From Octopus sinensis (Eukaryota): a DNA stretch of 64,000 bases. This document shows, piece after piece, positions 54,201 to 64,000 of the stretch (its first letter is position 1; each line of letters starts with the position of its first letter). Both the position numbers and the translations under genes were made by a program. Where the stretch lies: the NCBI RefSeq assembly GCF_006345805.1, contig NC_043005.1:102796001-102860000 (forward strand), read 5' to 3'. Under the pieces are notes generated by a model. The model had not been told where the DNA came from. It worked only from the letters and a program-made list of their open reading frames with translations, and made no database searches.

Positions 54201-57200
54201 GGGAAATTTTCTATCGAATAAATAGCACTCACTGTAAACTCATGAGAAGTCTGGTTTAATAAATTTGAGGTCATTCTACTCTATAATGAACTGCTTCTTC
54301 AAATCGGCAGAACGCTCAAGATTATTAAAAGAGGTGACCATTTTACAATATTGACGAGTCTCTCAATCGTATTACTAACCGTAGTGAAGTGAACTTCCAA
54401 ACAGAAATAAAAACAATCGCGAACTTAGCACCCTAGATTCTAACATTGTATTTAACGTCGGGTCGTTGCCAATTAGCTATTATGGAAATTAACATTGTGT
54501 AATGAAATTTACTAAATTGCTTGTGCGTTGCGTATAGTATCATGGAATTCTGTCCTCTACCTTAAGCGGTTAACTAGCCAGGAAATGTAATTATATTAGA
54601 TTACGGAATATAATTGCAGCGTTTTAATCGGTGATAGATATTGCTATAAATGCAAATAAGATCGTTCCATGATCCAAATCGTAGGATAACTATTACTTGA
54701 GTCCAGTATAATTAATAGTTTATTTGGTGTATATCTGTATGGTATAGCGTATTATTTACCGGAGTAGTTAATTCGGCATCATGTATTTAAATCAAAGCTT
54801 TCCTTTCAGCAGGTAGAATGCTATGCTGAAATAGCTGCATACTATATGTAATCCCCCGGCAAACAAAATGTGTGATCATGTTTCAGATCTCTGTTGAAAT
54901 CGGCTTACGTGATTTCCAATGCTAATATCCGTCAGAACGGCAGAAATGTAAGCCATTCCTATTCCTGTGGGTTTAGAATGCTTGCCTTTATGACAAATTA
55001 AAACCAATGTATCTAATGGCTATTTATGATTAGGAAGAATAAAACCAATAAAGGTTAGGAGCATGTAACTGTTCTCGTGTTCTCAAAGTAGTGCATAGAT
55101 ATGAACATATATACGTCTTGTTCTTAGGCCCGTCTTTAAGAGAGTTTAGGTCTTATTTAGACCCCAAGTCAAGAGCCTTACAGCTGTGATCAATCGTTAT
55201 TGCTTCAAATATTACGAACGGGATTTCCCGCACGTATGAATCCTTGAAATCTTAAGATGGTGGCGTGTGATTTGAGGAACGTTTTTATAGGCTTTTAGCA
55301 TTTTCTTCATCTTGAAACCTGTTAAGACAAAGAAACATGTAACTACGTATCAATCCGTTCTCTATATATACCTTATTTTCATTAATGCTGGTAGAATAAA
55401 TCACCTCCCACCAGCTTAAAGAAAATGGGGATTTTAGAAAATATTCTCGTTTTACTTAAAATATCATCTGGCTGCAGTTATGTATTTGGTCTCAGATATA
55501 TGAAATATGTTCTTTCTTTAACCGTATTTTAAATATAAAGCTACATGCATGCAGATTCTAAAATCTACTCATAAATTGTCTACTTCTAAGGAAGCACATT
55601 CTTTTTTTCATAATGAATGTTCTCAATTGAATACTGATATTTATCTCATTCACACCATCGAGATTTCAGATCTTTCATTTGCAATTGTTGCAAACCCATT
55701 GTGACAGCTGTTTTGTATTTAGATTCATCTTCAGTAAGGCTTTCGTTGGACGTTTCTCATTTATTACAAGCTACATTTCTTTATAGACCAGCTAGCTTTC
55801 AACTTCCATTTAATTTCGGCCATATCTTGCCGTGTATTATTATTTGTTGTGATTCATCGACGTTATTGTTCGTGTTTCTTTCTAAAAGTTATTTCTCTAT
55901 CACGAGGTTTTAGTCTGTCAAATAAAACTGGTTTTCGAATATTAATATTAAAACGGAGAATATATGTTATATTAGAACACGTCTGAGGCATTGCCAACTT
56001 GCTTGGCAAACTTATCGAAAAGCAGCTCCATAAATTTTAATTTCATACTAATCGCATTTTCCTTGGTCTTCCTTGTCTAATATTTAATTGCATTCCGTCT
56101 TTTTCTGATATCAGAATATAGATTATATACGATAGGAACTTATAAAGTAAAGCTATGTAAAGATAGATATAATATTTTTGAAGCGATAAATCAATACGTT
56201 GCATGATATGATACCAGTGTGTTTATTTAGAAATAAACCTCACATTGGTAAATATATGCAATCTATACTGATTTTAGACCCATAGATATTGGCAAGGAAA
56301 TGATTGCAAAACCATAATATATTCTTTAGATGTTCTAATCTCACAATTACTACTATAGAATATGAATTTCGTTCTAAGTACGTGAAGATAATTTATATAT
56401 CAAGTGAAACAATATGTGGAATATAGATGCTTTTTTTCTGAAATTCATTAACGGACAAACACATAAAAGTAGCAAAATATACATAATTTCTCAGGGTAGA
56501 TGATATCATAGCTGAGGTTTCGATAGGTTCCAAATCCCTATATCTTCTGTAGCATACATTCAAAGGCAATTATTTCTTTATAGAGGTAACGAAATTTTGA
56601 AGTTCTTCATAATATTGTTTGCAAATAGAGCTTGCTTTCATTTCGGATAATCCGTTCGAAATTATTAACCACTAACGCATCGATTCCGACAATCAGTTTT
56701 CAGCTTAGATCAGCGAAATAACCTTTACTGTATATAAACTTTGAGAAGGTCTGAGTATACCATAAACATCTGTTCTTCTAGTAAAATTCTCAAGTGGATT
56801 CAGAGTAACATTGTGTAACTAGAACTGACACTTGATTTACTTGTCCAGTCCATCCAACGGGCAGCCACAGAGATTATGTGAGCTGAAATTCTCATCTTTC
56901 ACAAAGCATAAGTTAATTGAAGGCTAAGGCAAAATTAACTTGCACAAAATCGCAAAGAGTTGGATCAAACTCGGAACATCGATATTATGAAATGAAGTTA
57001 AAGTATTCGGTAAAGCTACACGTCTGTGAAGGACAAATAAACAGTTTGGCCATGGGCTCTTAGGAGCCTCGTTCGATTTGTTTTGCTCCGCCTCTGTTCT
57101 GTTTTTGTTTTTTCCAACGGATTTCCTATTTCTTCCTGAAGAGAAAGACACAAAATGGTCTCCTTATTCAATCGGAATTTGGTAAATTGTGCCTTTCGAA

Positions 57201-57465
57201 ACACGTGTAGAATGCAATAAAACGATTTCTGTTCAATCTTCGTTCAACTCCATTTCTTCAATTCACTAATAATATATATATATATATATATATATACATG
57301 TTTGGCTGTTGAAAGCAACACAGGGTCTTATGGTTTATTGCTAGCTCTTTATAAATATGTACTCGGTTTCCTTCCACACTCAACTGCTGTTAATATCAAA
57401 CTATCCATCAAGCCAAATTTATCGTTATATTATATAGTAAATCAATACACAATATATACTAAATT

Positions 57466-57469
<4 letters not shown>

Positions 57470-57536
<67 letters not shown>

Positions 57537-57725
57537 ATATATATATATATCTATCTATCTATCTATCTGTCTATCTCACTAACTATCTATCATTCTATCT
57601 ATCTGTCTATCTATCTATCTATCTATATATCTATCTATCTATCTAGCTATCTATCTATCTATCTGTCTATCTCACTAACTATCTATCATTCTAGCTGTTT
57701 GTCTATCTATCATTCTATATGTCTG

Positions 57726-57805
<80 letters not shown>
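57470..57805. repeat. (CT)n/(TCTA)n compound microsatellite
   Basis: Direct repeat runs. Confidence 0.95.
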
Positions 57806-57806
<1 letters not shown>

Positions 57807-57940
57807 GTATCTGTGCTTCTGTCTGTCTATAATATATTCTCTATGTACATGGTTTTGACTTGTTCGTTGTGCTTTTACTTTCGTTTTTATTTTTGATTTG
57901 CTTACATATATGTGTGTGTGTGTGTGTGTAGGTAGGTAGG

Positions 57941-58002
<62 letters not shown>

Positions 58003-60649
58003 TATTGATAGATAGATATATTGATAGATAGACCTATGCATCCTTATAGGTATTTAAAAACATACACATACACATATTACATTATATTGAGTATATGTTT
58101 ATCACGTCTTGACTACATAAAGATATACTTGCATAAATAGAATAACACGCAGTATATATATTCACTCGGTAAATTATTTGCTTGTGAATATCCGTTGTTC
58201 TTTCATGTTTTCATTATTATCATTTTACCTCGAAAATTGTAAATATGTAATGGTTTATTCAATATTTCCCTCTCATAAAAATCATTTATAAATGCCATTT
58301 CTTAATAAATTTTTTAGATCTTGGTGTGAAATTATTCTGTTATGAGCACCGATGTGATTTAGAAGACAAACAAAATAAATTATATATATCCGCGCGCGCA
58401 CGTGTCTGTGTGTGTGTGCGTCAGTGCGTGTGTGTGTGTGTATGTGTGTGTGTGTGTGTGTATGCATGTAAATATACACATATACATAGTCACAGCGAGA
58501 CATTTCTAATTGTTGTTGCATAGTATAAAAACTATGTTGATAGACGTACTGAATGATTTGTCTGAAGTCTGAAAGAAAATATTAATTTTCCTGTATAAAA
58601 AAAAAATATTGTTGCCGTTGTTGTTCTTGTTGTAGTTGTTGTTGCTTATTCTCTAATCAGTGGAGACTACACAGTCCAGTGATTGGAGAATTTCTTGTTA
58701 TTAGTACACAGTTCTTTTTAGGAGCAATGAGTGACTGGGTTTATATCAACAAATATTCTCATTTCATGTCTGTTTCTTTCCTTTCTTCTCGGCAACTTAA
58801 GTTGCAATTTCAGTGATATTTGCTTATTATTTCTAACATATCAACCCACCAAGTAAAGGTCCCACTTTCCCCAGTTTTTCCACATTGATGGCAGAACAGA
58901 CTAAATTCTGGGTCATTTGGGCTAAATTCATAAAAAGAATACATGACCAGTGATTATGTAGTTGATGTAGAAGAAGTAAATCTTTCATGATACGGAACGC
59001 TCCAAACATTAAATACATTATCGTGTAATATCGGCCGTTAAAAAGATATTTCCCACATTATTCTAAAAAACATACACAGATCAGTTTCTGCCTTCCTCGT
59101 AATGATATGTCCAAATATACGAATAGCACCCTTTCTACCATCGCATATCAAGTAGTATCCTTTATATGCATACATACACAGACATACACACACATATATA
59201 ATAAAACACTGTAACTCTTTCCCCGAAGTAACACGGAAGGGCTCTATTGAGCAGATATTGTAATAGCCCAACCTTGGAATTATAAATAAGAGAATGTATA
59301 TCTATATATTTAGTGTATTCCGAATTTGAATATGTACTGGCCGGAGTAGGAGGGTGATAAACTAATCTGTCTTCTCTCTCTCTCTCTCATAAATATATAT
59401 ATATATATATGCATGTATATGTTTGTGTGTATTAATACTTATATATAAAATCTATATACTATGTCTTTCAATACTATGGGGCAGCCACGCTGATACACAG
59501 TCGTCAAGTATTTTAATTCAATATAGCGATAGGAGACCATACATTAATGTGTGCTATATATTCCGGCGGTTTCTTCTGCCGGATCACTATATACCGTAAA
59601 CAATTCAACAATGGGGGTCGAGCGGCTGGGATTGGTAAAATATAGACATAAAGGCATAAGTACACACGCATACATGTGTATATACATGCATATATACATA
59701 TGCATACATATGTACGCAGACACGACACACACATACACACAGATACAAACGAACACGCACATATATAAATACATATTAGGACATTCTATGAATAATGCGA
59801 CTATTTTTTAAAAAATTAACACAGGCAAACTTCTTTTTAAATATAAAGTATACTCTCCTTCATTTCCTACAATACTCTTCCATCTATCTGGTAGTCTTGC
59901 AAAATCCTGCTTCCAAAATCCACTTGTCCGTGACAAAAAATACTCTTCCAGTATTGTTCTGACCTCGTCTAGAGAATTTATATTCTTTCCGTCCAAATGA
60001 TTTTGAAGACTGCAGAATAAATGATAATCAGATGGGGCAATGTCCGGTGAATATGATGGGTGGGACATCGTTTCCTATTGAAACTGCTCCAGCCTTTGAA
60101 ATGTCATCTTCGCCGTATGTTGCCGAGCATTATTCTCGTGGAAGGGCACCTTTCATCATGAAACGAAAGATGTTCGATTTTCTTCTAGCGCTGACTTGAA
60201 TGACTGGTTAAATGAGCAAATCCAAGCTTCTCTGCAATTTTCTCTACAGTGAATAAAGTATTTTGTTCTCCCAGGAATATTGGATGACGTCGACGAACTC
60301 TTCAACGACGGGGCTTGCATTCCAGGCTGTAGCTTCCGACACGGAATTCTAGAACCACCGTTGGCACTGGCTTACGCTAATTATCTGAACCTCATATACT
60401 GCATTAATATTTCTTGTACTTTCTGTTTCGTTGTTGCCTTAATTGAATTCATAAAGCAAAATATCCCTTGTCACTTCCCTATAGCTTTGAGATAGTAACT
60501 CTTAATGTCGAACAGCACTCTTCAAAACTTACTCTAAGAATAATAAGATAACGTTACTCCCTACTTTTATAGCAAGTTGATGAAAGTAGTTTATCTCATT
60601 CCGCTCCGACTATTAGTTTATGCCAAGGAAAACACCGCATTATTTATAT

Positions 60650-60975
60650 AAAAAAGTTCGGGAAAATGAGAAAGTCTTTTACATTGTACCCATAAATCCA
60701 CACAAACCTGAAACCTCTCTGGCAGAGAGATCAGCATGGTGTTCTCTCACCTCACGAGCAGCAGCTGCCTTCGAAGATCACAGGTGACAGTTTCTCCCTG
60801 CAGCTGCATGGTACAGGTGCCACAGGGCAGCACCCGTCTTATTGCAGACAACACACTATCGCTGTGACAAATGTGGGCGCCTGTGTGGTTCAAGCTTTGT
60901 ATTGCGGAGTCGCATGCGCTCTTAGAAGTGAGAGCACATGTATGTCGTTGTTTTCATACAGATGGACTCCGAAGG
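60650..60975 (+). mobile_element. RTE LINE 3' end
   Basis: INPHKPETSLAERSAW...AAFEDHR...YRCDKCGRLCGSSFVLRSRMRS*, resembling the RTE C-terminal zinc finger. Confidence 0.65.
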
Positions 60976-60999
60976 TATACATACACAGATACAGACATA

Positions 61000-61390
61000 C
61001 ATGATGGCCGTCCACTTCTGACCAAGGAAGAAAACTGCTTACCTTTAGGGTCATTCTTCGCTCTATGACTAACATATATTTTGCATTGGTGGCTAATGAA
61101 TCCTGCTCGGGACAAGCGTACACAACTACAAACGCAGCAAACAAAGCTTTCCCCATTCACTATGCTAGCAGTGCACTTCATGCAAAATACTTGCTCTTTC
61201 AAAGCTGCGGAACCCCTCCTTAACCTGCTTTCTCCATCTGTAGCGATGACAGATATTGCTCTCTCAATCGGTGACCTGCATATCACAGGCTTTTGATGAG
61301 GACTTGACACAGTTCTTAAATCGCAGCCTTGGTTCTGGAAGACTTTTGAATTGACAGCAAATCGGTGCAGATTAAAGAGGCGGCCAGACA
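61000..61390 (-). mobile_element. RTE LINE 3' end, internally deleted
   Basis: SGRLFNLHRFAVNSKV (RT) joined to FVCCVCSCVRLSRAGFISHQ (C-terminal finger), with tail ggacggccatcat. Confidence 0.7.
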
Positions 61391-61460
61391 TTTAGCTCAT
61401 GCAATTAGAAAAAACAGCATTATTTATGGAACGTCCCAATATTTGTGTGTGTGGGTGTGC

Positions 61461-61830
61461 GTAGGCGCAATGGCCCTCTGGGTAGAGCAGCGGACTCGCG
61501 GTTGCAGAATTGCTGTTTCGATTCTCAGACCGGACGTTGTGAGTGATTATTGAACGAAAACATCTAAAATTCCACGAGCATCAGACAGGGGTGGTGGCCG
61601 ACCGTGCTATACTCTTTCACTGCAACATTCTCTCACTCTTTCTTTCTGATGTACCTGTATTTTAAAGGGACAGCCTTGTCACACTCTGTGTCACAATTAA
61701 TCTCCCCGAGAACTACATTAACGATACACGTATCTGTTGAGTGGTCAACCACTTGCACGTTACTTACACGAGCTGTTCCGTTGATTGGGTCAACGCTGGA
61801 ACTCTTGTTGTCATAACCGTCGGAGTGTCA

Positions 61831-61832
<2 letters not shown>
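61461..61832 (+). mobile_element. tRNA-derived SINE family D with a different 3' module
   Basis: Head and body match 49310-49475; the tail is unrelated. Confidence 0.75.
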
Positions 61833-61870
<38 letters not shown>

Positions 61871-61972
61871 AAGATAAATAATGGCTTTAATGGTTTTAAA
61901 AAAAAACAACAATTATTTACGGGTAGATTTCGGCATGTAAATATAACCATTAACCATTCAATATATATTTAC

Positions 61973-62046
<74 letters not shown>

Positions 62047-62769
62047 TATATTCATGTATGTGTGTATGTATTTATGCATGCATAGAAATACATGAATATA
62101 TATACATGCATACATACATACATAGATAAATACATACCATATGTACATACATGTGTTTAGTGTGTGCGCGCGCGTGCCCGTGAGTTTCTTCTTTTCCTGG
62201 TTGCATGTACGCCATTTCCTTTCCCTTGTGGTTTTTGTGGAGTATTTTCATTGTGTGCAGCAATTTGCGGTATTGTTTATGGCGGTATTTAATCGAACTC
62301 AACGGACTATATCTGAAAATAATGCTATCATTTATGATAAATTATTTTTCCGTCATCAGCTCTCTAGCATTTCACTGCATTATCCATTCACTTTAGTTTA
62401 CTCGGAGAAGAATAATTATTAAATAATTCAGACGAGGATATAGGTAATATCTTATAAAGAAAAACGAAATATGTATAACAAAAAAAAAGTTAATAATAAT
62501 AACAAAATATACCATTAACTTAAACCACATAGATGAAAGCAGAGCTTGCAAAATGCCAGTTTTTCATGGAAACTAAATAATTTTGGGCCTGAGACTAAAA
62601 GCTAATATACGATTCTGAATCGATATAATTATGGGAGCTGAAGATAATCGGATAAGAAAGAGAATATGATTACACACACATACACACACACACACACACA
62701 CCTAATATATATATATATATACATATATACATACACACATATATATATATATATATATCTATATGTATA

Positions 62770-62820
<51 letters not shown>

Positions 62821-63380
62821 TATTGTACATATATACACATACATAGCTAGTTTCATACAGAGATAAATATCGATATGAAGAATAATATGAATGCCAAGAA
62901 ACAAATATTTGCTATTTCGATATTATTTGGCTGAGAGCAATTTCCATTAATACCAATACATCTGGGCATGGTCTTAAAAGCAGTTCGCTCGCCAAGATGT
63001 TATTTACCTGACATTGACTGCTACGAGGAATTTACCATTTTCCAACATCTCGTTTTATTATTTCATCTATATTCATAATAAAAGTCCCTCCATGCCTTGA
63101 CTTCGATACTTAAAGATACATTCTTCGTTTAGGCTCTCGTTGTTTATTCGATTCTTTTCGAATTTGTTTTCTTAGAGCAATTTCCTTGTTTCTTCTCCAA
63201 CTACTGAGGTAGCGAATTAGACGTCTCCAATTACCTCACAAGAACATATCAATATATGACATAATTACTTCATAAGGATATGCTGTATTCAAGGAATATT
63301 GTATAGAGGAGAAAATGGGGACGAGCTGGGAGCAAGGGAAACCAAAATTTACAAGAAGATATTTCTAGCAAATATACTGC

Positions 63381-63463
<83 letters not shown>

Positions 63464-63511
63464 CATATATCTATCTATCTATCTATCTATCCATATATCT
63501 ATCTATCATTA

Positions 63512-63567
<56 letters not shown>
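63381..63567. repeat. (TCTA)n microsatellite
   Basis: Direct repeat run. Confidence 0.95.
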
Positions 63568-63568
<1 letters not shown>

Positions 63569-63790
63569 CTCGACATGGACGGACGCTAGTCAAATGGGCT
63601 CCACGTAAGTTGGTCATTTTGTACGGTTGAAAATTGTTATTGTGAAATATTTTGTGTTTAAAAGTTGTGCAACAACATCCACTGCAAACCTTGATTAATA
63701 TCTACACAAAATTTTGCCCCTTGTGGGCAAAATTTAAAAGAAAAAATTCTCATAGCCTTCGTGGTTTCATTTAGCCATTTTATTTCCAAA

Positions 63791-64000
63791 ATGGCCACTG
63801 GTCACCACGAGGCTGAGGTGCAAGTCAAGCGTGACGCAGAGGCAGAAAAACAGGATGCTCTGTTACCTTACGCTGAACCTGACAACTCCGCCACCATCAA
63901 CATCGACAACAGCAACAAATACAAAACAAAGGTCGCAAGGCCAAGCACCGTCAACACCATCAGTGAGTCCACCACCACCACCAACACCGACAACAACACC
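63791..64000 (+). CDS. Probable start of a host protein-coding exon (partial, product unknown)
   Basis: Strong Kozak context aaaATGG and 70 open codons to the window edge (MATGHHEAEVQVKRDAEAEKQDALLPYAEPDNSATINIDNSNKYKTKVARPSTVNTISESTTTTNTDNNT). Sharp GC rise and a possible acceptor ttcatttag ending at 63774. Confidence 0.6.
   Translation, partial: MATGHHEAEVQVKRDAEAEKQDALLPYAEPDNSATINIDNSNKYKTKVARPSTVNTISESTTTTNTDNNT

Larger units (their letters stand above)
59776..61439 (-). mobile_element. Degraded mariner interrupted near one end by RTE fragments
   Basis: HPSYSPDIAPSDYHLF in ORF 59808-60068. TIRs ttaggacattctatgaataatgc / gcattatttatggaacgtcccaa with TA flanks. Confidence 0.85.

Overview
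AT-rich, repeat-dense eukaryotic DNA, most likely intronic or intergenic sequence from an octopus (coleoid cephalopod). The species call is inferred from dense (TA)n/(CA)n/(GATA)n/(AAT)n microsatellites and several tRNA-derived SINE families. Almost all ORFs in the supplied track are microsatellite artefacts. The window holds four SINE families, mariner and maT relics, non-autonomous Helitrons, fragments of RTE, L1/Tx1 and R4/Dong LINEs, a fold-back MITE, a 100-N gap, and a probable host coding exon starting at 63791 that runs off the window end. Two things stand out. (1) Non-coding elements in or next to (TA)n tracts carry type I hammerhead ribozyme (HHR) motifs from several unrelated families. 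The best case is a near-identical head-to-tail dimer of a ~480-bp unit plus an inverted, circularly permuted copy (22201-23600), which looks like a Penelope-derived retrozyme. (2) A 2.2-kb ORF1-only retroposon (intact 414-aa zinc-knuckle protein, no reverse transcriptase) sits in the tRNA-derived head of a young SINE with a perfect 15-bp target-site duplication (TSD). All calls were made by eye, without database searches.
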